A DNA stretch of 64,000 nt from Bacteroidaceae bacterium (GCA_045613565.1 JAZLBF010000035.1:1373-65372), one strand, 5' to 3'. Positions 17,436 to 27,181 are shown, numbered from the stretch's first letter. The notes: generated by a model not told the origin, from the letters alone. Numbers and translations are program-made.

Positions 17436-18548
17436 TTATTCTACTTTCTTTGTTGCTGCTGGGAAAATACGGATGTGCATATAACGATATTCGAATTGAT
17501 TCCACAGGCTACATGATACGTTGCATATCTTGCCTACCTCTTTGTCCAGGTCCAGGCATTTAATCTCATTTGCCTTCTTGTCATATCCGTTTAGCAGGAA
17601 CTCCATGTTGTTAGTTCCAGAACTGAAAAAACCGGCAGGTTTCCAGGAATAACCCAAAACCTCCATTTCGTCCAGCATTTTCTGCCATTTGTCATAGTGG
17701 GCGTGATAGAAGTCCAATACTTTTTGTGCCTCTTCCAAAGAAGAGAGAGCCTGATATATGGGATAGTCAATTTGACGTTTAACTTTTCTGATAAAGAAAT
17801 GAGTTGTGTTGGACTTTCCACCTTTTTCGGGAAGTAGCCACACCAGTATGGCCTCCTTGCCATTGTCATTACCCTGCAGGCAGTAAAAGTCGCGTTCCTC
17901 CCAGTTGACCAATGTCCAATAGTCGTCCAGTTCAATATCGGCTCCAGGCATCTCTGTCAATGGTGGGGAGTTGGTGTACATACAACATCCGAACTTGTAA
18001 AGCTTTCCTTCCTGATAGACGGGAATGGCATCGTTTTCGGGCCAGTGTTCGGTGTTGATGAACTGCACTTCCGATACTTGTTTCAGGGCAGTTCCGTTTG
18101 CTACTGTCATGCGAGCTATTACACCGTCTTTCTCCTCTACAGCGCGGAAGGATACGCTACCCTGAGCAATGCCATAGGCATCGGTGAGATTGTAGTCGTA
18201 ACCGCCCTCCACTTCTGTAACCTCCTTGCCAGGAGCTACCCAATCGAGGAAAGTCTTTTCGGCTGCAGCAAGGTCGCTAACGGGAAGCGAGATTACGGTT
18301 GGCTGCGACTCGTCCAAAGGCTTACCATTGATTCTTCTGATTACTTCATTCTTATCATCAACCAATACTATGCAGCCCTGCAACCATTCCAGGGCATCGT
18401 ATGCCTCTACTGCTGATTGGTCGGCATCCGATTCTGGATCATGTTTTATTATATCTTCTGGCTGAGGGATGTCTTCTTTATCGCACGATGTGAGTGGCAT
18501 CACTATTGATATTATCAACAGGAGCAGATAAAGCCAATTCTTATTCAT
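17436..18548 (-). CDS. Paralogous surface lipoprotein, family copy 4
   Basis: MNKNWLYLLLLIISIVMPLTSC. Same conserved N-terminal domain and C-terminal KCLDLD…YRYMHIRIFP motif. Confidence 0.8.
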   Translation of the reverse strand: MNKNWLYLLLLIISIVMPLTSCDKEDIPQPEDIIKHDPESDADQSAVEAYDALEWLQGCIVLVDDKNEVIRRINGKPLDESQPTVISLPVSDLAAAEKTFLDWVAPGKEVTEVEGGYDYNLTDAYGIAQGSVSFRAVEEKDGVIARMTVANGTALKQVSEVQFINTEHWPENDAIPVYQEGKLYKFGCCMYTNSPPLTEMPGADIELDDYWTLVNWEERDFYCLQGNDNGKEAILVWLLPEKGGKSNTTHFFIRKVKRQIDYPIYQALSSLEEAQKVLDFYHAHYDKWQKMLDEMEVLGYSWKPAGFFSSGTNNMEFLLNGYDKKANEIKCLDLDKEVGKICNVSCSLWNQFEYRYMHIRIFPAATKKVE

Positions 18549-18628
18549 TTTAATTATTATTATTTAGGAGGTTGTTTAGATAATTATATCTCTCTATGCT
18601 GCCAGTTGCAGTATTCACAACGGGCTTT

Positions 18629-19276
18629 TTACATCAAATCGTCTACGTTTTGTTTCTTCTTGCCCTTTGCATCACGCTTTGCCTGCTTTGCGGCTTTCTT
18701 CTCCAGGTATTCCGACCATGGCTCAATGTCAGTACGGATGTAAAACTCGTACTTGTTGTAAGACTTATCTATAGTCTTTCTAGCCTTGTTATCGATAAGA
18801 CTACTTGCGGTATGAGAAGTAGTGCGAGTGACGTTGTGAACCTCCATGTTTAGTTCTAGTGAATAATCTCCATGGCTAGCGTGATGCTTGATGATTTTAC
18901 CGGAAGATGTCTCTGTCAGGTTCGTAGTGTTCTCCTTGAGGAATGTGAGAATCTTGTGGTAGGTTTCATCGTTGTAGAATTTAACCTTTACAAAAGAAGC
19001 TTGACCTTCTTCACCCATCTGCACAGCGATAGCATAGTCCTTGGTACTAGGGCGTATATCTTCCTCGCCTGTTGCAAGGATAGCTAGGACATTGAGAGTG
19101 GTATATAGTCCGTCTGTCTTGCGCAGAGCCCAAGTGTTGGTCTCAGAGTCGTACTTGAAATGATTGTCTTTGAACTCTTTTTTGTTGAAGTTAAGATATT
19201 TTGAATAAGGTACATCCTGAGCATTGGCAGCGACTGCAATGCAGCATATAGTGATTAGTAAAATGATTTTTCTCAT
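18629..19276 (-). CDS. Secreted hypothetical protein with Lys-rich C-terminus
   Basis: Signal peptide MRKIILLITICCIAVAANAQ. Intact 215-aa ORF. No recognised family. Confidence 0.6.
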   Translation of the reverse strand: MRKIILLITICCIAVAANAQDVPYSKYLNFNKKEFKDNHFKYDSETNTWALRKTDGLYTTLNVLAILATGEEDIRPSTKDYAIAVQMGEEGQASFVKVKFYNDETYHKILTFLKENTTNLTETSSGKIIKHHASHGDYSLELNMEVHNVTRTTSHTASSLIDNKARKTIDKSYNKYEFYIRTDIEPWSEYLEKKAAKQAKRDAKGKKKQNVDDLM

Positions 19277-19420
19277 ATCGTTTGTTATATTATTGTTATT
19301 GTTTTCCAGTTCAGTGGAAGCAGTGATATTTTTTTTGTGTTTGTTGTGAGAGCTTCTTCGCTCTATATATTGCTAGCGGTGGATGACGTTTAAAGTTATT
19401 TTTTGATGAAAAAGCTTTGA

Positions 19421-19453
19421 TTGGTGTCCGACAAAAGATTTTGCCGGACACCA
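19421..19453 (-). terminator. Hairpin TTGGTGTCCG-n13-CGGACACCAA downstream of the TRL-like gene
   Basis: 10-bp perfect stem read directly. On the minus strand it is followed by …AAGCTTTTT. Confidence 0.6.
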
Positions 19454-19476
19454 ATATATAGCTTTTTTAATTATGA

Positions 19477-19767
19477 TTATTCACCATAAACCTTGGTAAC
19501 CTGCTGCTGAACAATACCAAAGACATAGCTCTTAGTGTAAGCGTCTACGTGAGAAATCTTGGTGATGCCACCATTTTTAGCAGCCTGGTCAATACCGTTC
19601 TGAGCACCCTTTGAGCTCCAGAGACCCAAAATGATTGTGCTCTTAGTTTCACCGCACTTTGTGCCCAAGGGGTTTGTTGTAGCTGTAATTGGATGAGAAA
19701 TTGTGATGCAGCTGTTAAGTAGAGCGCATGCTGCTACTGCTGCCAATGCCTTTACTGTAAACTTCAT
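19477..19767 (-). CDS. TRL-like family small lipoprotein
   Basis: Lipobox LLNSC. Overall pattern (…ATTNPLGTK.GE…ILGL.S.G……I.KI..VD…) matches my memory of the Bacteroidales TRL-like family. Confidence 0.65.
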   Translation of the reverse strand: MKFTVKALAAVAACALLNSCITISHPITATTNPLGTKCGETKSTIILGLWSSKGAQNGIDQAAKNGGITKISHVDAYTKSYVFGIVQQQVTKVYGE

Positions 19768-19827
19768 AGCTTTAATTGAAATTAAGTTAGTAAAAAAGGT
19801 TATTTGATATATGTATTATCTCTAGAA

Positions 19828-21687
19828 TTACCAGATATTGATACGCTTGTCTTCGGGTAGGTACATATCATCGCTCTCGGTCACATTGTAAAGCTCGTAC
19901 CAAGCATCCATGTGCTGTAGCATACCATTTACGCGAACTAGTGAAGCAGAGTGTGTGTCGTTTAGCATATTTTGGAATCCCTGGCTGCTATATACTCTGC
20001 GATGACGGTATGCATGGCGTTCGAAGTAAGCCTTCTGTGCCTCCTTTAATTCTTCGCCTGTGACACCCTGCTCAGCCAAATATTCATTCAACGCATCGAA
20101 TGCGATGTTAAGACCGCCAAGGTCTGCTACGTCCTCAACGATAGTATTGTAGCCGTTAGCCATGATGCCAGGTGCTATCTCGATGGTGCTGATTTGTTGA
20201 GCCAGGGCATCGTTCAAAGCTTCAAACTTCTCTCTGTCTTCTGCTGTCCACCAGTTGTTCAAATTGCCATTAGCATCATAGGTGCTACCAATTTTGTCAA
20301 AGCCGTGGGTCATTTCATGACCGATGACATAGAACAAAGCATACAAATCTGCAGGCTGCATATCCTCAGTATATTCAGGTGCACTCATGAAACAGTTAAG
20401 GATAGTCATCGCATTGGTAGCGGGGAGATAGAATGCATTGTATATATATGTGCCGATACCACCGCTTGTTAGAATAATTGCAGGTATAGTATTCTCGCGT
20501 TTGGGCTTGCCAATCAAAGATATGATAGTATTGATTCGGCTCTGCTTTGCCTCTAGAATGTTCTCAACGAATAGCTTACTGTTAAACTTGGGGAATGACT
20601 CAAGGTTCCATTCGTCGGGTTCGCCGATGAAGAATTTCATGTTGTTCAACTTCTCCAAAGCCTTTTCCTTGGTTTCGTCAGAAAGCCATGAATTGTTCTC
20701 AATGCGCTTTGCAAACACACTTCTCATAGTCTCGGCATATGTGGTGTACTTAGCCTTCACTTCATCATCTACATACTTTTCACAATAATAGTAAGATAGG
20801 GGATAGGTCAAAAGGTGGCTCAAATGTGCATCCAGAACATCGCGGGTCTTATCGGTGTATCCATTTGTTGCCTCTATGGTATTCTCGTCACCACAGTACA
20901 TGAACAATTCTGCTCCAGCATATCCTATGATTGTTTCCTTTAGCTCCTCCAAACTCATTACATTGTAATTTTCGTAAAAAGTTTTTAGAGTGTCTGCTAT
21001 TACAAAGCAGTCTGGGTCAAGTCCCATGCCTGCTATAACACTTGACATAAAGTCTTCGCCGCCTCGTGTCTTGCTAGTATACTTCTGATAGGTGACAAAC
21101 TTGAAGTGTCTAGCTTCTTCTTCACTATTACCACCTTGCTCTGCACCTGCCAATTTTAGTGTGACTTGGTCTGGAGCTATAGTGAAGCAGATTTTATCGT
21201 CATGTTCATTAATTGTAGTGTACAATCTAAACATATTCTCTAGATATCCCTTCTTTATCCATTCGCCCACGTATAGACCTAGCTCATGCTTACTCTGAGC
21301 GCTCATTGCACATTCTCCGATGATATTTATGATAGAATCGAGATATTCTTGGTTCTCTTCCAACCCCTCATCCATTAGATACTCGTATGACTGCATTAGG
21401 TTTTTAGTTTCCTCCATATCCGCAAGAAGGCCTTCTTTTCGCTTCTTGGTAATTTCATAAGCATCTTCTTGAAAGCCTTTGTCCTTGTCTTCATTGGGAT
21501 TCAAACTGTTATGCCATGTACCGTTTACATACATGTAGAAATTGTCGCCAGCTGCGTTTGCTACTTCTTCTTCTACGGGAGGAGTGTCTTCTCCCAAATC
21601 ATTGTTCTCGCTACATGAGGCGAAGCTCATTCCTGCTACTAAAAGTAATAGCGCATAGAACCAATTCAAAAATTTCATCTTTTTCAT
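19828..21687 (-). CDS. M13-family zinc metallopeptidase (neprilysin/PepO-like) lipoprotein
   Basis: HExxH motif VIGHEMTHGFD, NAFY motif, ENxADxGG-like EDVADLGGL, and a C-terminal …INIW. Lipobox FASC. Confidence 0.85.
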   Translation of the reverse strand: MKKMKFLNWFYALLLLVAGMSFASCSENNDLGEDTPPVEEEVANAAGDNFYMYVNGTWHNSLNPNEDKDKGFQEDAYEITKKRKEGLLADMEETKNLMQSYEYLMDEGLEENQEYLDSIINIIGECAMSAQSKHELGLYVGEWIKKGYLENMFRLYTTINEHDDKICFTIAPDQVTLKLAGAEQGGNSEEEARHFKFVTYQKYTSKTRGGEDFMSSVIAGMGLDPDCFVIADTLKTFYENYNVMSLEELKETIIGYAGAELFMYCGDENTIEATNGYTDKTRDVLDAHLSHLLTYPLSYYYCEKYVDDEVKAKYTTYAETMRSVFAKRIENNSWLSDETKEKALEKLNNMKFFIGEPDEWNLESFPKFNSKLFVENILEAKQSRINTIISLIGKPKRENTIPAIILTSGGIGTYIYNAFYLPATNAMTILNCFMSAPEYTEDMQPADLYALFYVIGHEMTHGFDKIGSTYDANGNLNNWWTAEDREKFEALNDALAQQISTIEIAPGIMANGYNTIVEDVADLGGLNIAFDALNEYLAEQGVTGEELKEAQKAYFERHAYRHRRVYSSQGFQNMLNDTHSASLVRVNGMLQHMDAWYELYNVTESDDMYLPEDKRINIW

Positions 21688-21734
21688 TATTGTTTTATCT
21701 TAATAACTTTAGTAAATGATTTCGTGATGTACAA

Positions 21735-22628
21735 TTAGTTTGCTCGAGTAATAACGAACTCTACTCTATAGTAATCGAATGCTTCTGTGAATGCTTCCTT
21801 ATATGCTTCCAGTGCTTCGTCTGTAACTTCAGGTGCGATACCGCCCTCAAATAACATGAGAGCATAGCCTGTAAACATTTCAGCAATAGTTTCCTTGTCA
21901 AAAATAAAGTAAGCAGTGTTATTATCATAGCTCTGTAATACCATAAATGTTGATTCTATATCGTGACCTGCAGTTTCACCCGCGATAGTCATGTTGAGAC
22001 CATCAATAGAATAGTTCTTGGTCATTGTCAACTCTTCCTCATTCTTCAATACACTATATGTCAAAGTTTCGTTTTTAAACTTGACATTGCGGAAATAACG
22101 TTGAGCAGCATACTCAATGAATTTACCGCTAATTTGTGATGTTTGCATGATTGTGGGAGGAACTTCCTCTCCGTTTATGATACCACCGGGGATTACAATT
22201 TCATCCTTGATAGGGTTTGCACTATATGTGATGTTAGAGTAATTCCATTCGCCATTCAAGTTGGTATTTTCTGCCAATCTAGAGTATCTGTATTCACCAT
22301 TTGTTGTGTTGATGATGAGAGCGTTATCCTGGATTGTTCCAGTGCCAATTAGGCTGTTGCCATCTTCAAAATAGATATTTATCTTGTTGCCGTCTACAGT
22401 GAGATTACCATTGATGCCTTCCCATGATTCGTAGGAACTGACTTTATAGATAACAGCACTGTTGTCATCATTGATAACCAAAAGGTTGCTTACGTTTTCA
22501 GTCTTAGAATACCATCTTCCTTTCAAATTGATGTTTTCTTTTTTATTGTCATCTGACTTACATGCAACAAAACTAATACTCATAACAATGGCTACCACAG
22601 CCATTACAATCTTTTTAAAAACCTTCAT
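21735..22628 (-). CDS. Hypothetical lipoprotein
   Basis: Lipobox SFVAC. Intact 297-aa ORF. No family recognised. Confidence 0.6.
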   Translation of the reverse strand: MKVFKKIVMAVVAIVMSISFVACKSDDNKKENINLKGRWYSKTENVSNLLVINDDNSAVIYKVSSYESWEGINGNLTVDGNKINIYFEDGNSLIGTGTIQDNALIINTTNGEYRYSRLAENTNLNGEWNYSNITYSANPIKDEIVIPGGIINGEEVPPTIMQTSQISGKFIEYAAQRYFRNVKFKNETLTYSVLKNEEELTMTKNYSIDGLNMTIAGETAGHDIESTFMVLQSYDNNTAYFIFDKETIAEMFTGYALMLFEGGIAPEVTDEALEAYKEAFTEAFDYYRVEFVITRAN

Positions 22629-22669
22629 AATCTAAAAAATAATCTATTGTGTTCGTAAATATTATACCA

Positions 22670-23773
22670 TTATTTGTTTTGGTTTCTTTCTGCCTCGGCG
22701 CGATTTACCAATTCTTGTGTAGCGTCGTTTAGAGGTGGTACACCAGAGGGTATTACAAACTCAGCCTTCTGTGTTTCCTTCTTGCTTTCTGCTATCGCTT
22801 CTTCCTTAGTGAAGAATTCTCGATCTACAATATACATTTCCGCCATTATGCGCATCAGTACAGGTTTGTCCGACTCCAATAATTTGCGAAAAACCTTACC
22901 TCTACAATCTGCCTCCATTACAAAACTAGATTGCAATAGGTCCTTACTTATATAGGAACCCTCATCATTGACGCGGAAGGCCTTCGTGATGTACAATTGA
23001 TTTATATCCATCGTCATTCCCAAAAGTTTCAATGGCCATGGAGAATAGGTGTGGTTCTTTTTGTCGGCCAGTCCATCCTTAGTAATAGTAAATACCTGTT
23101 CGCTCTGCTTTGCTACCAACTCGAAGCCCGACTTGCCTTTCTGCTCAAATAATTTAGTGCAGTCACTTGGTGTATTAAATGATTTGGGAGCAACGACTTC
23201 TTTGTCGCTCAGGTCCATCAGCGAGAACGTGATGGAGAAGTGTGACTCGTCATTAATCTCCACACTATCCGTCTCGGCATCCTTGTACTGTGAGTAACTG
23301 CGTGTATTCACTTCGTGCATCTTGCTGCTCACTCCTGTCTCGGCATCCTTTGTGGCAGGCACAAAGCGGTATGCCATACGCTCGGTAAAGAATGTTACGG
23401 TGTTTGTAGTAGAACTGAGGCTAAAGTATTCTCTTATATAGAATGTTTGCTTCATCACGCTGCGCTCTACTGGCACTACCACCAATTCCTGCATGCCAAA
23501 GTAGTTAGGCTTCATACTCCATGCGGTATCCTTAGGTAGTTCTATCTCTAGAGGTTCGTAGCCTAAGCAGCGCAAGGTGATGGGGTATGCTGCATCTGAT
23601 ATTTCAGAAAAGGTACCATCGGCCAAAGTATAACCGATTACGTTGCCCTCAGCGTCAAAGATGGATGCCGCAGCAACGGGTATACCATCCTCTGCATCTA
23701 TCACTTTTTGCTGTGCAACAGCTGGCAGACATAGTAGCAGGGCACTGATGACTAATACATGTGTACGTATCAT
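22670..23773 (-). CDS. Secreted protein with N-terminal carboxypeptidase-regulatory-like domain
   Basis: Signal peptide followed by VIDAEDGIPVAAASIFDAEGNVIGYTLADGTF, a CarboxypepD_reg-like pattern. Confidence 0.55.
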   Translation of the reverse strand: MIRTHVLVISALLLCLPAVAQQKVIDAEDGIPVAAASIFDAEGNVIGYTLADGTFSEISDAAYPITLRCLGYEPLEIELPKDTAWSMKPNYFGMQELVVVPVERSVMKQTFYIREYFSLSSTTNTVTFFTERMAYRFVPATKDAETGVSSKMHEVNTRSYSQYKDAETDSVEINDESHFSITFSLMDLSDKEVVAPKSFNTPSDCTKLFEQKGKSGFELVAKQSEQVFTITKDGLADKKNHTYSPWPLKLLGMTMDINQLYITKAFRVNDEGSYISKDLLQSSFVMEADCRGKVFRKLLESDKPVLMRIMAEMYIVDREFFTKEEAIAESKKETQKAEFVIPSGVPPLNDATQELVNRAEAERNQNK

Positions 23774-24260
23774 TGTTGTTAAAATATAGTTCGTGTTTCT
23801 GGTGGTTGCTTAACTAAATTTAATCAATTGTAATATTCGGATGAAATTATAAATACAAAATGAAAAATCTTCCTTACACGCATCACACATATACGTGCGT
23901 AAATTAAATTTTGTGCAAAGGTATTGCCTTGTCTTCATATCTTCAAAAAATTTTGTCCTACATTTTAGATTATATTGTATATAAACTTGAAAAAAGTATG
24001 AATGTAAATCGAAATGTAGATTGATTTCTTTTGTTAGATAGACATATTTTATATAAATTTGCCTCAAGAATAACAAATTTAGCGATTAAATCTACAAAAA
24101 GTATATAGTAGATATATATTTTAAGTCATAAGTCTCTACATATTTTAGATCTCATTATATACATATAGAATACTTTAATTACGCTTTGAAGCCTATACTG
24201 ATATATGAACTAGAGTTTTTTTGTTACTGATACAATACAATCATATAAAGAAAAAATAAC

Positions 24261-26225
24261 ATGAAACTATCTTCCTGGGGTAAAAAAATATTAACATTTA
24301 TTGTGTTGATACAGGTAAGTTTTGCTTCGTTTGCTGCAGACGACCTCTTTCGTCAGGCTAGAGTGATGCAACACGATGGAAAATATGATGAAGCCATCGA
24401 AGCCTTTAAAAATTACCTTGTACAACCCGTTGCTGAGGAAGCGATGAACGATGATGTGCAAGCTATGTACATTGAGGCACTCTTGCAGATGATGAATACG
24501 TTTCAAAGTAAGGGAGCGCCAGATGCGTGCATTCCTTTCATGCAGGAGGCTTTCAATTCGTCACCTGTGCTCCAGAAGTATTGTCAGAGAGATTACTATT
24601 CTATACTAGGTTATGCTCTCTCTCGCACCGAAGATATGAAGCGAGCAGAGGAGACGATGCTCAAGGCACTGACCATGCCTTTGCATCATCCTACTCCACA
24701 GCGATATTTCCGTGACTATGCATACGCTGCGGCAGTGTTTTATAGCAATCCTGATTATCTGGACGAGGTAATTAACTGGTGCGAAGAGGCAATGAAGGAG
24801 GCGGATTTATGCAAAAATACCTCAGGTAAGCAATGGGTAACTGCTATGCTAGGCTCTTTGTATAAGAGAAAGGGTAGTCTCAACAAGGCTTTGGTTCTCT
24901 TTCAGCAGAGCAAGGAAGAATCCATGTTGAGAAATGATACTTTGGGTGTATTAAATAGCCTTCACTCCTTGATAGACCTCTTCCTCTACTGGGATATACC
25001 CGAATATGCCAATGTATATGCCTCTGAAGCTATACGAGTGGAGCAGAGTCTGAAGACAAACAATCCTATGGTGTCTGCACAAACCTATATCAATAAGGCA
25101 CGAGCCTTATATCAACTAGGTAAGGCTGATTCTACTCTCATCTATGTGGAGGAGGCTCGCAAGCGATGCCAATCTTTGCCCTACAATAGTGGTATGGTAG
25201 ATGTGAACTTGCTACATGGTACTCTGCTGACAGAGCTGGGAGGGGATACTATATATAAAGGTATAGAAGAATTGCAGATAGTAGCCCATCAAGCTACCTC
25301 CATCAATCGTGCAAAGGCTTACCACCAGTTGGCGCAAACATATTTGAAAGGTGCAGATAATCGCAAGGCAGAGGCGATGCTGGATAGTATGTACTATTTG
25401 CTCAATCAAGGAGGATCGCCCACCTTTATTCGTGTTGACTATCAACTCATACTCCGCTACTACTTGAAAAAGAAAAATCAAGCGAAGGCAGAGCAGTATC
25501 TGAGCATGATGCTAGAAGAGCAACAAGCGTTTAAGGAAAAGAAGTTGAACTACAATTTAGTGGAATACATAGTAAATCTACAGACCGAGAAAAAGAGACA
25601 GCAGCTGGAGATTTTGCATCTAGCGTATGCCAATGAGCGTCTCTGGCTCCTCGTTAGCATAGTCTTCTCACTTGTGGCTGTTTTTGTTATCGTATTATTG
25701 TTTGTAAAATACAGGAAGCACTATAAATTTCAGATAAGACAGGCAGACGAAAAACTATCGGCATTGCTTGAGAAGTTGAACCAGTCCAATGCTGAGAAGG
25801 AAATGAGGGCTCAGGAAATCAAGGAATTCTTGAGCGATAGGGACAATCACGAAGAATTCGAAGTACTTACCCCAACGCTACTTCAGACGGAGGGAGAATC
25901 AAAGTTCCGCCAATGTTTTGAGTTGCTTTATCCCCTCTTCCTCCCTCGTTTGCGTGACAGGATACCATCTGTTACCCGTCGTGAGGAGCTGTTGTCCATG
26001 CTCATCGTCTTGAAGCAAGATAACAAGAGGATAGCAGACTTGATGGCCATAGCTCCACGAAGCGTTTTGATGCTTCGTCATCGCTTCCGTCAAAAGATAG
26101 GAATGGCAACAGAGTATTCGCTAGACAATTTTATAGAAGACATTCTGTCCTCTGAAAATGCTCCAACTACCGCAACTGAGTCTGATGTGCCTTCACAAAC
26201 GGAAGAAAAGACCTCGCAGGTGTAA
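24261..26225 (+). CDS. TPR-repeat membrane-anchored regulator with C-terminal helix-turn-helix-like domain
   Basis: Signal peptide, long TPR-like region, one TM helix (LWLLVSIVFSLVAVFVIVLLFV), a coiled coil, and a C-terminal …REELLSMLIVLKQDNKRIADLMAIAPRSVLMLRHRFRQKIG resembling an HTH. Confidence 0.65.
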   Translation: MKLSSWGKKILTFIVLIQVSFASFAADDLFRQARVMQHDGKYDEAIEAFKNYLVQPVAEEAMNDDVQAMYIEALLQMMNTFQSKGAPDACIPFMQEAFNSSPVLQKYCQRDYYSILGYALSRTEDMKRAEETMLKALTMPLHHPTPQRYFRDYAYAAAVFYSNPDYLDEVINWCEEAMKEADLCKNTSGKQWVTAMLGSLYKRKGSLNKALVLFQQSKEESMLRNDTLGVLNSLHSLIDLFLYWDIPEYANVYASEAIRVEQSLKTNNPMVSAQTYINKARALYQLGKADSTLIYVEEARKRCQSLPYNSGMVDVNLLHGTLLTELGGDTIYKGIEELQIVAHQATSINRAKAYHQLAQTYLKGADNRKAEAMLDSMYYLLNQGGSPTFIRVDYQLILRYYLKKKNQAKAEQYLSMMLEEQQAFKEKKLNYNLVEYIVNLQTEKKRQQLEILHLAYANERLWLLVSIVFSLVAVFVIVLLFVKYRKHYKFQIRQADEKLSALLEKLNQSNAEKEMRAQEIKEFLSDRDNHEEFEVLTPTLLQTEGESKFRQCFELLYPLFLPRLRDRIPSVTRREELLSMLIVLKQDNKRIADLMAIAPRSVLMLRHRFRQKIGMATEYSLDNFIEDILSSENAPTTATESDVPSQTEEKTSQV

Positions 26226-26257
26226 ATAGTTGATTTTACTTTAGAGAATACACTCTA

Positions 26258-26735
26258 CAATCCATTTTCATAGACCGTTGAAGTCTGTTTGTAGTATTAC
26301 AAACGCATTTCCGCAGATTGTTGAAGTCCCGTTGTAGTATTATAAACGCATTTCCGCAGACTGTTGAAGTCCCGTTGTAGCTTTACAAACGCATTTCCGC
26401 AGATTGTTGAAGTCTATTTGTAGTATTACAAACGTACTCCGCAGACTGTTAAAGTCCCGTTGTAGTATTACAAACGTACTCCGCAGACTGTTGAAGTCCC
26501 GTTGTAGTATTACAAACGCATTTCCGCAGACTGTTGAAGTCTGTTTGTAGTACTACAAACGCATTTCCGCAGACTGCTGAAGTCTGTTTGTTGTACTACA
26601 AACGCATTTCCGCAGACTGTTGAAGTCTGTTTGTAGCATTACAAACGCATTTCCGCAGACTGTTGAAGTCTGTTTGTAGTATTACAAACGCATTTCCGCA
26701 GACTGTTGAAGTCTATTTGTAGTACTACAAACGTC
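26258..26735. repeat. Tandem array, 43-bp period, about 11 copies (unit AAACGCATTTCCGCAGACTGTTGAAGTCTGTTTGTAGTATTAC)
   Basis: Period measured from AAACGCA at 26301 and 26344. Each unit junction forms the hairpin GTTTGTA-n4-TACAAAC. Two sub-variants are mixed (GTCCCGTTGTAG / GTCTGTTTGTAG; CGCATTTCC / CGTACTCC). Confidence 0.95.
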
Positions 26736-26842
26736 ATCGCAATTAATCAGCAAACAGCATATCACCCTCCCAGAAACTACTTTTTTTGAACTCCATCTTA
26801 ATAATTCACCTTATTATATGTATAAGGAACGGGAAATTTATG

Positions 26843-26850
26843 TATATTTG
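26843..26850 (+). promoter_or_regulatory. Bacteroidota -7 promoter box TATATTTG (TAnnTTTG) within GTATATTTGC
   Basis: The same decamer GTATATTTGC precedes the RND operon (40996) and the paaK-like gene (63605). Confidence 0.5.
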
Positions 26851-26856
26851 CAGTGT

Positions 26857-27181
26857 CTCGCGCCGAAAATGTCCTTTGTGGCATGGGTGGGCGTGGGGCA
26901 AGACATAATAAAGGCGTTTACTACGCTTTGGTTTTGACGGTTAGAAACTTCGCAAACTTCCAATCGTGGTCAAAAACAAAGCAACGTGAATGTCCTTCGT
27001 GGGTATGTTATACGCATTCCCCTATTGTACATTGACAGCCAAGGGCATGTGGTCAATTACAATAGTGGATTATATACACATATCGGCGTGGGGCTTCAGC
27101 GTTGCTCGTTTCGACTACGATGGGCAATGCGAAGGCCTCTAACCGTGAAGCGAGCAACAGTGCAGGGCTTCACGCTTTTTT
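26857..27181 (+). ncRNA. Candidate structured non-coding RNA of ~325 nt, unidentified family
   Basis: Bounded by the promoter box at 26843 and an intrinsic terminator at 27144-27181. No protein-like ORF. Internal helices include TTTTGAC…GTCAAAA, and GTTGCTCG (27101) pairing with CGAGCAAC (27151). Confidence 0.4.
27144..27181 (+). terminator. Intrinsic terminator CGTGAAGC-n15-GCTTCACG followed by CTTTTTT
   Basis: 8-bp GC-rich stem plus T-run, read directly. Confidence 0.65.

Noticed and set aside
23810-24076. 88-aa ORF in the 480-bp AT-rich divergent intergenic region, and a possible invertible promoter there
   Set aside because: The ORF is a low-complexity AT-rich translation with no start context. 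Only short motif recurrences (CTACAT(A)TTTTAGAT at 23958 and 24136, plus an 8-nt inverted match at about 24013) were found, too short to call inverted repeats of a shufflon or invertase site. No recombinase is nearby.
26857-27181. tmRNA, RNase P RNA, tRNA or a known riboswitch as the identity of the candidate ncRNA
   Set aside because: I found none of the expected features: no GGGG…CCA acceptor-like ends or tag ORF, no GAGGAAAGTCC-type RNase P core, no cloverleaf, and no B12, TPP or SAM conserved boxes. The identity is left open rather than forced.
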